A DNA stretch of 64,000 nt from Octopus vulgaris (GCA_951406725.2 OX597814.1:131998001-132062000); one strand, 5' to 3'. Shown: positions 24,491-39,012, numbered from the stretch's first letter. Program-made: numbers and translations. The notes: generated by a model not told the origin, from the sequence alone.

Positions 24491-25181
24491 CGAGTAAGCA
24501 CATAGATATGAAACAAGGTGGGAAAAGTAGTATTCGAATAACAGAGGTAGAGTAGTATACTGTGCTATTAAAAGTGCAAGAAAATCGCAAAACATCACAA
24601 TGAACAGGAACGTGAAAATGAGAGCAGATTTTGTGATGTGTATGTAGTTTCAATAATAAAGTATTTATAATTACGAACAAGAAAAATAGAGTAAAACAGT
24701 CCTTTTATTACATCAATTTCCAAATGTTTTATTTGAATGCAATTTCATCAGTCTTGCTATATTATGCAATACTATTTATTTCTAACTGTTACTTCTTAAG
24801 GTGTCATTGAAATGACAAATACCGAATCAAACACATCATGATCATCCAGTTTCACTGCTTACACGCATTCTCGTGGTACACTGTCGCTATCCAATCTTAT
24901 TCTTCAACATATTTGGCAGTTCAGAGAGAGTGTATTTTTCTGGAAAGTAAATTAGGTGGAGCATTATAAGAGTGACTTTCATTGTCACCTTCAGAGATCG
25001 ACTAACAAATGAGCGATTGCATGTCTAACCCCCTCCAGTATTAGACATCAGAAGAGAAGTAGGGTCAGATTAGCGGCTAAATGCTGGAGAGTTAAAGACG
25101 AAATTGTTAGTGAAGATCTTTTACGAGATCCTACACAAGGAAGGGCTAGGAAGGGACGTCAAGCCGAGACACATATCAAAC

Positions 25182-25249
<68 letters not shown>

Positions 25250-25433
25250 TCGGGGTGAGTACTTGATAATTATAAGCACCTATACCGTTTGGTGGTGTAG
25301 GTGGTGGATAAATATCAAAATAAAAATAAAAAAATTGATCAAAATAAAAATAAAAATAAAAATAAAAACATGATCAAAATAAAAATAAAAACATGAGGCA
25401 AAGGATTTGCCTCATGTTTTTATATTTTGATCA

Positions 25434-25468
<35 letters not shown>

Positions 25469-25471
25469 TGC

Positions 25472-25905
25472 ATACAAAGTTATAAATGACGAGAGAAATA
25501 GCATGAGGAAATTTGTAAACCATTGTAAAATTCATAAATCATAACAAATTGTTTCGTAAATCAGGGCATGAAAATGTACTTTATTTTATTATATTTAATA
25601 ATAAATAAACTACATATTTGCATTAATACAAATACTCATTGAATTCAATGCATAAATTATTTCTATGTATATATTTAACAAGGATTTTCTTTTCACATAA
25701 TGAGGATTGATTTGTGCATCGATTTAAAAGATTAATTTTAAATCAAATTGCTTACACTTGTAAATAATTTATTTATTATTAAATAAAATAAAATAAATTA
25801 TCTTTGCATGCTTTAAGTTACGAAATTTGTTGTGATATATGAATTTTCCAATGGCTAAATAAATTTCATGATAGTATTTCTTACGTCATTTATAACTTTA
25901 TATAC
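25472..25905. repeat. AT-rich fold-back element with ~140-bp imperfect inverted arms
   Basis: aaagttataaatgacgagagaaatag... versus ...tatttcttacgtcatttataacttt. Confidence 0.7.
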
Positions 25906-26175
25906 ACTCCCTATGGTTCGATTACATCGAACCCAGTATTCAAGTGGTACTTACTTTATCGACTCCGAAGGAATTAATTTAATTTAGAACGTAGTGATGG
26001 GTGAAATATCGCTATACCTTTCGTCCAATGCGTTAACGATTCTGCTGCTTTGCTGCCTTTATATATATATATATATATATTATATTAAATTAGAGATAAA
26101 ACCACTATTAGGCAAATCAAACAGTGAAAAACATATGTATGTATATATATATGTATATACATATATATATGTATG

Positions 26176-26229
<54 letters not shown>

Positions 26230-26527
26230 GGATTCGAGTAAATCAAGTACGTAAATGATAGACAGCGGGTTGGGTGGAATTAATTTGCAAACAGCACCTT
26301 TAGTCGAATAATTATCATGGCTAGCGAAGTACACCCAGTGAAATATTCAGGTTATGCATACGGAGAATTTAACCCTGATGAGTATTGTAATTGCCCGTTG
26401 GCTAATCAAAATGAGTACGTTGTATTGCTCCTACGCTATATGATGCACTGCAGAATGTCCGATGAGTCAGGATTCAAGTCAGTTGTATTATGAACAAATA
26501 AATAACAAACGATGGATAAGTGTCACT

Positions 26528-26615
26528 TCATTACAGCCGTTTCAAACAGAATTTTTTGATAGATAAATAAATACATTACATCATAACTAAGAACAAACCG
26601 CATTCGTCAGACAAT
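26528..26615 (-). ncRNA. Type-I hammerhead-like motif (weak helices)
   Basis: ttgt CTGACGA atgcgg..ctgttt GAAA CGGCTG TA atga. Confidence 0.45.
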
Positions 26616-27812
26616 ATCAGAATAATATAAGAACAACACTTGACCACAGTGGGCAAACCAAACTTGATTCCTGCCAAGGTTACCTTGGAATGAGAGAAGA
26701 AAGTAAAACTAGGATGAGATTAAGTGGTTACTTAGTGGGTAGGGCGTACAAAAGATTTATAGCTTCAGGATAGTTAGTGAGCATGTCAGGGTTGGGTGAA
26801 AGAAAGAAAGACAAACAGTCTAGTTCGTTATTACAAGTTGTAAGATAATGTTTGAGTTAATTATTTATCTCCTTGCTATTCATTTTATTAGATTTTATTT
26901 TATTTTATTTTTTATTACATTAGGATCTGAGAGAGGGATGAAACTAAGATAAATGATATTTACGGCAGCTAAGCATTCAATAAGAGTGCAGCATAAAGGT
27001 AATCAATATTAAAGAGAAGACGAAAGAACTCGAGTAGGAGTTCGGGGTTATAACAGGAAATAGTGGTGACAATAACGAGTGGATGATAATAATACGTAAA
27101 TGGTATGGGTGAGATTATATGAATTATGAAAATATAGATATAGAAGCAATAGTAATTCATAATAATCAACAAGAGTAATAAGGATAATACATCAACTATC
27201 AGGATGCTTTAAAGTAGTTGTACACTAAACATAATTAATACAGGGGGGATAATAAGAATATAAAACAGAATAAGGGGTTTACGAGAGCGCTGATAATTAA
27301 AGACTGGTAGTATCTTGGCCGATGACTTTTCTGAGTCAGGCACAAGATAGTTAAGATACCAGTATAAAGCCATCATAGGTTTTAAACAGACATACTTATA
27401 TAAAAAGATATGTATAGCTTAAAGGAAATATTATAAAATGGATAAGAAAAAATAGGTTGTGGTATTATTTGAATGATACTACATATCATTCAAATAATAG
27501 AGTTCCGCGGGTAAAAAAAGTTATCTAGTATATATCACATAATATTGAGAGGAGAAGAGGATATACCAGATCTGTATGGTTTGTAAGTTATCGGTCATGT
27601 GGCTATCCTTTAGTTACATTTCTAGTTTGTTTAATAGGTGTAATGAAGGATAATAGGTAATTAAAATATATGGGCCTCTATTATATATGATTAGATCCGA
27701 TGGGATAAAATAAATGCTCAGTCACTCTATCCATTTTTCAATCGAATCCTCAACGAATTAACATGAGATCTCCGAACGACAATGTAAGCTTCATATAATC
27801 AAGTTATCCTTC

Positions 27813-27894
27813 GCCTGAAGAGAAGCTTGCTATCTATCCCGCGTGTGAATAATTTGCTACTTCTGAGATTCTGCAAGCTATGAAACATGTAGCC
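27813..27894 (+). ncRNA. Type-I hammerhead-like motif
   Basis: gc CTGAAGA ga agcttgc..gcaagct at GAAA CATG TA gc; 7-bp helix II core, ACATGT palindrome, GUA site; helix I only 2 bp. Confidence 0.55.
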
Positions 27895-28141
27895 TGGATT
27901 TAACTATTCTATTTCCAAAATTTGGGATGTTTATTCGCAAATACAACAACCGCTGTTGCTAACCGTGAACTGTAAAATTAACCTTTTTCAGCCTGTCGTA
28001 CTTCGATACGAGAAAAAAAATCAGATCACTGCTTTGTGCGCCAATAAACCACTATTATTCCAGAAATTGTTTTTTTTTAATATGTTTTACAGATTGCCTG
28101 AAGCTCACTAACTTCTTACACCTTGATCCTTGGTTCTTACC

Positions 28142-28173
<32 letters not shown>

Positions 28174-28180
28174 CATACAT

Positions 28181-29998
28181 CAGAAGGGAATAACCGAGAG
28201 AAGAACAATAAACAAAATAAATTAGCCGTAATCAGGCAGCAGTGTACAGACATGAGAGGAGGAGCAGTAAACATCACGGAAGCTCCTTCACGAGGACTCC
28301 TTCTGGGGGAAAATCTGGAGTAAAGAGAATGAATTTAACCAAGATATTCAGTGGCTGGAAGAAATCCGAATAAGCTATTGCTCCTGCGTTAAATCCAGTA
28401 CAATTAACATTGATGGTGAAACTCTTGGAAGGTTACTTTCAAGGCAGTGAAGTGCATAAAGGCAGAAAACACCGAACTTGATACTACAGCAGCTATTCGA
28501 AACCTAGACCAATTCGAAGTATACAAATATCTGGGAACCAATGAAGGTAATGGTATCCAGCACTCTAAAATGAAAGAGAAAATCCGCAAGGAATGCAACC
28601 GAAGAGTAAGAATGGTCCTAAACTCAGAATTAAATGCTGCTAACAGAATTAATGTGATCAATTCTTTGACCACATATAGCTTCGGAATCATTTAGTGGAG
28701 TCTCACTGATATGCAGAAAATGGATGGAAATATCCGTAAAATCCCTTACAAGGTACCGAATGCACCATCCAAAATCAGATGTAGAAAGGATTCATCACTA
28801 AAGAAAAATAGGTGGAAGATGTTTGATGCAGATCGAACAGTCTTTCAAATCAACAATAATAGGCCTTGAAACGTACCTTAATACAAGTGATGTGCTCTTA
28901 CTAACTGCACTGAAGCATGAAGATTCCAAGTAAGCTTCACTAATGAAGCTTAGTAAGAAATTTTAAAAGTCTCTTGACCTGCAAGTTAACAATAAGAATG
29001 GCCAAAGACACCCAAATACTGACAGACCTACTATTGATTCTCCTGATTTAGAAATTAACAATTAGAAAGACCAACGAGATCCAAATAGTGACAAACCTAT
29101 CATTGATGCAAAGACATCAAACAAAAATCAAAGAAGGCTTGCATAAATAATATCGAAGACAAACTCCTGCATGGAAAATACTCTAACCACCTGTCCAAGC
29201 TAGATATTGCTCCAAACTTAGCACACCAATAGCTACAAGGGACAGGTCTGAAAGGGGAAACAGAACGTTTTGTTATTGCAGCGCAAGATCAGAGCTTACC
29301 TACAAGAAACTGCCATGCAAATATCCTTCAAGACTCCTCTTGCAGAATTTGCGGGAAATTCAGAGACAATTGATCATGTTGGTTCTGGCCGCAGAGTACT
29401 CGCTGAAAATGAGTGCGTCATAAGATATGACAGACTAGGGCCGTACATCCACTGCAATGCTTGTAAGTACTACAAAATTAAATTCCATAATAACTGGTAC
29501 AGGCACCATGCAGAGGATGAAGTAAATAGTGAGTGCGTCACTTATCCTTTGCAACTTTCCAATACAAACAAACAGAAAACTGACTCCAATCGACTAGACA
29601 TTGTGATGAAGGTCTACAAAAGAGTAACTTGTCTGTTAATAGATATGTCAGTCCCACAAGATCAAAATGTCTCAAGAAAAGAATTACAAATTGAAATCAC
29701 AAATATGTGGAAATTTAGTACTACGATAATACCAGTAGTAATTGGTGTATTGGTGATAGTAAAGAAGGGAGCTGAGAATTATGTTAAGCAACTCCCTGGA
29801 AACTCCAAACTGCGTGAACTGCAAAAGATAACCTTCATGGGCACAACACATACTACGGAAAGCACTCTCCATTTAAAATGGAATAAATGTGGGGCCAGTA
29901 TTAGTATGCACAGCAAAGGAAAAGCACCCTAGCTACTCTTAGCCTCCGGAGAATGCCTGGTACTAAGGCAACTGAAATAAAGTTATAATGAAAAGAAA
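28181..29998 (+). mobile_element. R4/Dong-like (RLE-type) non-LTR retrotransposon remnant A
   Basis: [55 protein letters not shown]; internal deletion, stops. Confidence 0.8.
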
Positions 29999-30002
29999 CC
30001 AT

Positions 30003-30003
30003 A

Positions 30004-30059
<56 letters not shown>

Positions 30060-30098
30060 TGATGATGATGATGATAATAATAACAACACCAATAATAA

Positions 30099-30188
<90 letters not shown>

Positions 30189-30201
30189 TAACAACAACAG
30201 C

Positions 30202-30281
<80 letters not shown>

Positions 30282-30328
30282 TAATAACAACAACAATAAT
30301 AATAATAATAATAAATATTATTATTATT
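30003..30328. repeat. (TAA)n/(CAA)n microsatellite
   Basis: Directly visible. Confidence 0.95.
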
Positions 30329-31375
30329 GTGACAGAAATGACAGAAAAATTTAAGGTGGAGTACTTGCGAAGACTGAGACTAATCCTTAAGTCGAAATTA
30401 AACTGACGGAATAAGAATGAAGCTATAAACATCTGGGCGGTTTCAATAGTTAGATATAAACGAGGGGCAATCACACGGATAGTAGACGAACTAAGCAGCT
30501 TAGACAGAAAAACAAGGGCGTTGCTGACTAGATATGGGATACTCCGCCCAAAACGTGACACAGACAGATTTATGTACCAAGAAAAAAGTGGCGAGAGGAG
30601 TGATTGAATGCGAACACAGCATTAGAGCAGAAGAAAACTACATAGCATGGTAAGTAAAAAAATTCCATAGAACTGCTATTATTGGAAGTAAGAAGGTCTG
30701 GCTTGTGTAGGATGCAAGATTGCAAAGATAAAGCACTGTAGAAGCACTTGAGAGTTAATGAAACTGAAAATAGGTGGATAATGAAAAGAATGCATGGACA
30801 ATTTCATAGGGGTAGTGAAAATAGGCCAGAGAGAGAAAGAAGATGTGTATAGATAACTAAAAGTGATTTAAGACAGGAAACGGGGGCTCTAATCGATGCT
30901 ACCCAAGAGCAAGCATTAAGAATCAATTACATCAAATACTGAATAGACATAACATCAAAACGTGACGAGTGCAGAATGTGTAGACAAAATGGTGAAACCG
31001 TATGGCATATCACCAGTCAATGTACGCCACTAGACCAGAAAGAATATAAGAGACGTCATGACAATATAGCAAGGATTGTCCATTGGACACTTTGCGACAA
31101 GTACAGACTTGAGAGTGCAAAAAGGTGGTACGAACATAAACCCGAAGGCATAATCGAAAATGAGAATACAAAGATCCTATGGGATTTTATGATTCAGCGC
31201 GACCAAGAGGAAATTGGAATAGAGTTCCCAGTAGAACTGTTACAAAAGCTTTGCTCCCTTGGCAGGGCCAGAATGGTCAAGAAAGTATTTAGATAGCTGA
31301 AATGAGCGAGTAGCATGGTAGTAAGCCTGCTACGCATGCAAGACTCCAGCAGCTCCAACAAAACTTGTAATAAAG
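30329..31375 (+). mobile_element. R4/Dong-like remnant B
   Basis: EYLRRLRLILKSKLN, AINIWAV, CRMCRQNGETVWHITSQCTPLDQKEYKRRHDNIAR, KILWDFMIQ; nuclease core deleted. Confidence 0.85.
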
Positions 31376-31377
31376 AG

Positions 31378-31452
<75 letters not shown>

Positions 31453-31475
31453 TTAATAATAATAATAATAATAAC
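31378..31475. repeat. (TAA)n microsatellite
   Basis: Directly visible. Confidence 0.95.
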
Positions 31476-32430
31476 GATGAATCCTTTTAGTAAGAATGAA
31501 AAAGAGATAGATTCATTAATAAAGACTGTAAGACTCTTCAACATAGATATAGGCATAGAATCTGATATAGATAACTGTACAGTATTAGTCACGAGAGGGG
31601 GACAAGCAATCAACAGTGAAGACATCCAATTACCAGATGGCCAATAATAAATATCATTGAAAAGAGGAGAGAGTTACAAGTATACAAGGAGTATTAGGAC
31701 CTGACAGAGTACTAACTACAGAAATGAAAACGAAAATTAAGAAGGCGTACATCAAAAGGGTGAGGAAGCTAATGAAGTGAAAACTAAATGGTCCGAATCT
31801 AGTGAAGGCAGTAAATACGTGGGCAGTTTCATTAATTAGATACTTAGCAGTTTTTGTAGATTAAACAAAAACTGAATTACCAAATCTAGACAGAAGAACT
31901 AGGAAGGAATTTAATATGAATTGAGGACTCCACCCAAGGGCAAGAAAGCAAGATTATATCTACCTAGAAAGGAAGGTAGAAAAGGGCTAACATTAGTAGA
32001 AGACTGTATGGAGTTAGCTAGAGTAGATATAGACTCCTCTGTAGGTAATTGTGAAGAAAGTTTATTAAAAGCTGCTAGAGTTTCACGAAGACACAGAGAA
32101 ACGAAAAACAAAAGCAAAGATAAAAACCAGAAAAAAGAACAGAAATTATCTGACTGGGAGGAGAAGGCGTTGTATGGTAGATTCCCTAAGTAGTACCAAG
32201 TAGTAGTAGTGAAACATGGTTATGATTGCAGAAGGAAAAGTTGAAGAGAGAGAGAGAGAGAGAGAGAGGGGGGGCGACAGAGGGAGGGAGAGAGAGGCGG
32301 TAAGTTTATTAGCAGCTGCATAAGATCAAGCATTAAGGACTAATTGGATAAAAGCCAAAATAGACAGAAATGAAGTAGATTCCCAGCGTAGATTATGCAA
32401 ATGAAAAGCGTAAAGTGTTGGTCATGTGCT
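31476..32430 (+). mobile_element. R4/Dong-like remnant C
   Basis: KNEKEIDSLIKTVRLF..DIG, KAVNTWAV, RLYLPRKEGRKGL, WEEKALYG, AA*DQALRTN. Confidence 0.8.
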
Positions 32431-32557
32431 GTTTATCTTGATATGAGATCATCATGTCGCGCACATATGGTTATCAGACGGGTAGTCATGATGGGTATAC
32501 TGGGCTTCGTATATTTTACCCCAGTGTCACTTTGATGGCATGCACTGCTCTCTCACT

Positions 32558-32585
32558 CAATAACAATAATAATAATAATGATAAC

Positions 32586-32647
<62 letters not shown>
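32558..32647. repeat. (TAA)n microsatellite
   Basis: Directly visible. Confidence 0.95.
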
Positions 32648-32649
<2 letters not shown>

Positions 32650-33895
32650 CCATCCAAAGGCAGACGTGGAGCGTCTTTACCTTTCCAGAGATCAGGGAGG
32701 TCGAGGCCTGATTTAGCTTGAACATACGCACAAAACCAACACAATCGGACTAGCCAAATACCTTGAAACAACCAGCGATTGGATGATAAAACTTGTTGAA
32801 AAACACGAAAGACCGAAAAAACTTCACTTTATTCTGAAAGAGAGCAAAATTTCGCTACTGATCTCTTAGATACTTACGAGATTAATCAGGTTGAAGGAAA
32901 TGCGCCAACTGCTGCTGCAAAGAAAATAAAATTAATTGCAAAGACAAAAGCACATGAATAATTAACAAGCAGATGGGAACAGAAACCTCTGCATGTCAAG
33001 TATGTGACCCGTAGCAAACAAGCTGATGTCGACAAGAAACACATGCATCAATGGTTACGAAGCTCAGGGCTAAAAGCAGGGAGTGAAGGTTTCATATTAG
33101 CTGCTCAAGACCAAAACTTATTAGTCCGGAACTACCAAACCAATGTGATAAAAAATGGAGCTGACCCAAAATGCCGATTCTGTAACGATGAGATTGAAAC
33201 AATGGACCACCTAATCTCAGGGTGTAGAGTCTTAGCACCCGTAGAATATAAAGCAAGAAAGAACAGAGTCTGCCAGTATTTACACTGGACAATATGTCGG
33301 TATTATAAAATCAAAACCGCTGACAAATGTTATAAGCACCATCCTGAAGCTGTGACTAAGGGAGAAAACGTAACGATTCTATGGGACTTCCCCGTACATA
33401 CCGACAAAACTATAAAAGCTAATAAACCGGATATTATTATGAAAGATCAGACAAAAAAGGTGTATTATTTAATTGACATGAGTCTTCCTTGCGATCACAA
33501 TATAGCTGCGAAAGAATTTGACAATTTCAGTAAATATAAACACTTGCTAATAGAAATTGAAAAAAATGTGGCATCTCAAGGCGACTACAGTACCAGTGAC
33601 TGTAGGATCTCTAAGAATGATAACAAAAAGGTACTGATACCAGGCTTACCATCCCTACAGGAAGTGCAAAAAATCGTGTTAACTGGAACGGCTCATGTAC
33701 TGAGAAGAGCATTATCGCTGTGAAAACAACATCCATTCATGAAGTTATTCATTTATTAATTTTTTAAATACATATTTTACTTGTGAATGTGCGTGTGTAA
33801 TCTGGGAATGCATACAAAGGGCTTCACTGCCCTAGATGTACGAAAAACACTCGTCGAGAAACGGGAGAAAATTTGAAGAAAGAAGGAAAAATAAA
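32648..33895 (+). mobile_element. R4/Dong-like remnant D (best preserved, CCHC finger + RLE)
   Basis: HHPKADVERLYL, EGFILAAQDQ, CRFC..ETMDHLISGC, ILWDF, KPDII..LIDMS, LQEVQKIVLTGTAHVLRRAL. Confidence 0.9.
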
Positions 33896-35040
33896 ATACT
33901 AATACTCCTGATATTAAATAAAATACCCATACTCCTGGCCAGCTACAATGTTTGGTAGAGTGCCATCTAAGCCCTTTGGTTTACATAAATTATAGAAATG
34001 ATTTTATTAAAATAGGTGAATTATCCTCGAAGATTCTAGTTAGTAGTAATTTCGGAAATTATTTTAAGAATTAAAAATTTCTATAATAGTTTCATGCTTA
34101 ATCCTGTCTGCGATTTAATATGCTCGATCGATCGATATATCGCTAATACAAATTATGAAATATACTATTTATGCTGGACACGCTTCCATAGGAGAGTGCA
34201 TGAGAAACTTAATATCTTTAAGCATGGTAAAACCAATTCCGTTTTTCACATGGCAATTCATTTTCTAAGACAAATCCAATAGTTTGATGAATATGCCTTC
34301 AGTCCGGACAATTCTAGGATATACAAGGCAACATACAGGTTGAGTAATGCCAGGTATTCTGTTAGTATAGAAAAAAACAACTAAACATTATTGCGTACAT
34401 CCAAATAACTTTGAAGTAGTTTTTAAGCATTCGAATTTTATCTGACTGGTTTTTCTCTTCAACAACATGAAACTATGTAAATATGCTTAGACTCTGCCCG
34501 TGATGCCGACATTTAACAATGTAATTTAATGCTTTTTTTCCTAAGTGTTTATGACATTGCACGCAGTACTGAATAGGTATTAAGAACCTGTGTGACTTAG
34601 TACAAGGAAGAGCTTCATGGAAAGCATAATACTTATCGCAGTAGGAGACTCAATCTCCGTCCCACCACAGGTTATCTGTTTACACTTACTCCCGGTCTCT
34701 TTATTATACCGTCAACTCATTCCGCTCACTTGTCTAAAACAATTATTGCGAACCATTTTGTATACCATGTTGCTTACAACAGTGAAAAATGTATTAAACG
34801 GAAATTATCGCACATTTTGCGTTATATAATTAGACAAGGTTATTTATCACTTAATGATCAGTGGGGAGTACACGTTCTCTCTCTCTCACATACACACACA
34901 CACACACACACACATACACGCATGCACACACGTATGGGTTGTACATACATTCCCATAAATTGCCATATAGAGAGATTCTCATGAATTCAAATACATGTGC
35001 ATAGCATAAATTGGTAATTTTTATATATATTTTTCATAAA

Positions 35041-35248
35041 GGTGGCGAGCTGGCAGAAACGTTAGCACGCCGGGCGAAATGCGTAGCTGTATTTCGTCTG
35101 CCGTTACGTTCTGAGTTCAAATTCCGCCGAGGTCGACTTTGCCTTTCATTCTTTCGGGTCGATAAATTAAGTACCAGTTACGCAGTAGAGTCGATATAAT
35201 CGACTTAATCCGTTTGTGTGTCCTTGTGGGTAGTAGAGAAATAGGTAT
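35041..35248 (+). mobile_element. SINE (Nin-like core family)
   Basis: Near-identical to 23156-23388. Confidence 0.9.
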
Positions 35249-35594
35249 TTTTTACATTCACATTGGCATACTTGTATGATTTCATATGAACTCAAATATT
35301 TTGATAAATTGGTGTGTGTACATGCACAAATACAAATATATACATGCACATTTTTATATACGCATGCATACATACTTATACACACACTCACTCATTCACT
35401 CGCACACACATGCACACACATTTATATAGCATTATTCATTTCACAAAGTCCCCGTTCACACACCTATAAATGTATACACTTGCGACGGTCAAGCGTCTCG
35501 TTCCAGGGAAGTATGATTTCGGTGACTTACACTCCATGAGAACCGAGTAACCGTCTCTATGCTTCTTAGGACTCGATATAATAATGCTTAGTGG

Positions 35595-35799
35595 TTTTAC
35601 TCTTTTACTTGTTTCAGTCATTTGACCTTCGGCCATGATGGAGCACCGCATTTAGTCGAGCAAATCGACCCCAGGACTTATTTCTTTGTAAGCCTAGTAC
35701 TTATTCTATCGGTCTCTTTTGCCGAACCGCTAAGTTACGGAGACGTAAACACACCAGCATCGGTTGTCAAGCGATGTTGGGGAGACAAAAACAGACACT

Positions 35800-35830
<31 letters not shown>

Positions 35831-35831
35831 G

Positions 35832-35882
<51 letters not shown>

Positions 35883-36036
35883 TACATATATACGACGGGC
35901 TTCTTTCAGTTTCCGTGTTCCAAATCCACTCAGAAGGCTTTGGTCAGTCCTCGGCTATAGCAGAAGGTGCCACGCAGTGAGACTGAATCCGGAACCATGT
36001 GGTTGGTAAGCACGCTACTTACAAACCGCCACTCCT
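35595..36036 (-). mobile_element. Full-length tRNA-head SINE
   Basis: Same family as 15615-16035. Confidence 0.85.
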
Positions 36037-36161
36037 ATGATAAATAAAGTTAACTTCGGTCGCATTTGAATTTAATACTTAAACAGCCAAAAGAAATGCT
36101 GCTAAGCATTTAGTCAGTCACGCAAAGAATTCTGCTAAATCGTCACCTTAAATTATAATTT

Positions 36162-36558
36162 AACAAGAACACTGAGATAGCGCAAACCTCCGCCAAGGCA
36201 ACACCAGCATCCTCTCAACGATTAGCCAAAGAGGATTTTTAATATGAGAATATCTGAAATAAACTCAACTGTTCTCACAAGCGAGAATACTAAAAAAGAA
36301 CCAGACTGCCATCAAAAATTAAGTAAAAAAAAAAACGTAAAATAATCCAGAATCCTTGTTTGGTCCTGAATCGATCCCAGAATCCTTGTCTGGTCCTGAA
36401 TCGATCCCAAAATCCAATCAGTTCGTGCCAGTTACGAAGTCAAACTTCCCTGAAAGTTTCATCCGAATCCATTCGGCGGTTCTTGAGATAACTTGTCCAC
36501 GGACAAACAAACAAACACGACTGAAAACAATACCTCCGCCTTTACTAAGGCAGAGGTA
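36162..36558 (+). mobile_element. Helentron/HINE-like non-autonomous element
   Basis: Subterminal acctccgcc (36186) repeated in the terminal hairpin tacctccgcctt-tact-aaggcagaggta; internal 30-bp tandem duplication (ccagaatccttgt.tggtcctgaatcgatc) and (ACAA)n. Confidence 0.55.
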
Positions 36559-36569
36559 GTATTAATCTT

Positions 36570-37485
36570 TTCTGTTATAAGTACAAGACCTGAAACTTTC
36601 GGGGGAAGCGGCTTGTCGATTACAACGACCCCAGTGCTCTGCTGGTTCTTTATTCATCGGCTCAGAAACGATGAAAGGATGACTTTAAAGCGGAATTTGT
36701 ACACAGAAGGTAAAGCCGGATGAATTGTTTCTAAGCATTTTTTCCGACGTGCTAACAATTCTTGCAGCTCGTCGCTTCATTATAATATAATAATAATACA
36801 ACTAGTACTAGGCAGCAATGAATTATATGCACGCCTTATAATTTAACAATAATCCGTTCTAGTATTGGCACAAGGCCCGGAATTTGGCGAGAGAGGTAAG
36901 TCAATTACATCGACTCCATTGTTCAACTAGTACTTCATTTATCGACTCCGAAAGGATGAAATGTAAAGTCGACCTCAGCGGAATTTGAACTCAGAATTTG
37001 ACTCAGAAACGATGAAAGAATGAGTTCAAAGTGGAATTTGAACTCAGAACAGACGAAATACCTGTTTCTTTATTACCGACAAGGGGCTAAACATAGAGCA
37101 GACAAACAAGGACAGACAAACGGATTAAGTCGATTACATCGACCCCAGTGCGTAACTGGTACTTAATTTACCGACCCCGAAAGGATGAAAGGCAAAGTCG
37201 ACCTCGGCGGACTTTGAACTCAGAACGTAACGGCAGACGAAATACGTCTACGCATTTCTTCCGGCGTGCTAACAGTTCTGCCAAATCGCCGCCTTATTAT
37301 CTATACCTATATATTCCTTTCTATTCTAGGCACAAGGCTCGAAATTTTGGGGAAGAGAGCCAGTCGATTAGATCGACTCCAGTACGCAACTGGTACTTAA
37401 TTTTTCGACGCCAAAAGGATGAAAGGCAAATTTGATCTCGGCGGAATTTGAACTCAGAACGTAACACGTACGAAATACCGTTTAG
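36570..37485 (-). mobile_element. Cluster of at least four tandem SINE copies (Nin-like core family)
   Basis: Repeated cgaccccagt..aaggatgaaaggcaaagtcgacctcggcggaatttgaactcagaac units at ~36575, 36860, 37062 and 37325. Confidence 0.85.
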
Positions 37486-38609
37486 CAGATGTCTGTGTAT
37501 TTGCATGCATGTGCATAATGCCAATGAAGGAGTGAGAGGAGAGAGAAATAAACAGAGAAGCAAAATGAGGAAGAGGCTCTTTACTTCCCCTCCTCCACCT
37601 CCTTATTCGTCACACTTTCTTTCAATAGTATACTTCCTTTTTAGCACCCTGTATTTTTGTTCGCTTTTAAGCTCCCCTTTCTCTTTTCGGCCTAGCACAG
37701 AGATTTCCTTCGAGAGCATGTCTAACCCTGCCTGGATTCTTCTTTTCCACCATGGATATTATCCTATGTCACTCCCGTTATATTTCTTTTTCTTGACATC
37801 ATCATCCACATTTTCTGCTACAATGATACTTGCTGCCTTCATCTAAATTGTTTGTTTCTGTGGTGCTTTTTCTTCTGATGTATTTCAGAATTTCATTCGC
37901 ATTTTTCGTTTCTTGGTTCAATTTTCACTGATCAACTTTTTAAGGTTGCGAATAATGTCGCTATCGTTCCCCTGTAGCCTTGCTTTTATTTTGTCGTAGA
38001 TTAACTTTTGCCCACCTGCCATGTCACCATTGTCTTCTTTCAAACCATCTATATGCCTCTCATCGAGCAAGCTATCTCTGTTCCTTTCCTGTGATTTATT
38101 AGAGATTTCACCTCTGTTTTCTGCTATGAGATTACCTTTATCCGTAGGAACTTTATTTTCATCGTTTCCTCAGCTGCTTTTCATAGCTTCGAGCTCTACT
38201 TCTGCGAACCAACGATTTTTTCTTATTGCTCTAGCTTGATCACATAATCTCTGATGAAGCAATCTTCTTTCTCTCCATTGATCGTACATACGTTGGTAGT
38301 ATCGCCTAAGATAAACACCATTTTCGTCTACGGAGTTACTCAGTCAGTAACACTCTATGACCACAGCATCGGCTTTTTTGTTCCATCTACGCTGTGTGTG
38401 CTGGTCCCCTGTTGGATAACGACAGGCTAGAATCGGACCAGTATCTCTGAGCCTGCCGGGTACAACATTGTCAACATCAAGGGTTTCAATTTAATTACCT
38501 CCATTATTCACAATATCTTATTTTTTCATTGTCAATCATATGAGGTAGCGATTATCAGGTTGCGCAATTACCAGTGTTTTTAGTGTGAACCCATCAGCAG
38601 ATATATCAT

Positions 38610-39012
<403 letters not shown>

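Noticed and set aside
26375-26381. Isolated CTGATGA/CTGAAGA heptamers (also 38251, 44611 minus, 52371, 63223)
   Set aside because: No convincing helix II, GAAA and UH arrangement; 52371-52420 and 51345-51375 may be eroded motifs but cannot be supported.
33004-33723. Longest ORF (239 aa) as a host gene
   Set aside because: It is the CCHC/RLE end of a truncated R4/Dong-like retrotransposon, with a frameshifted C-terminus.
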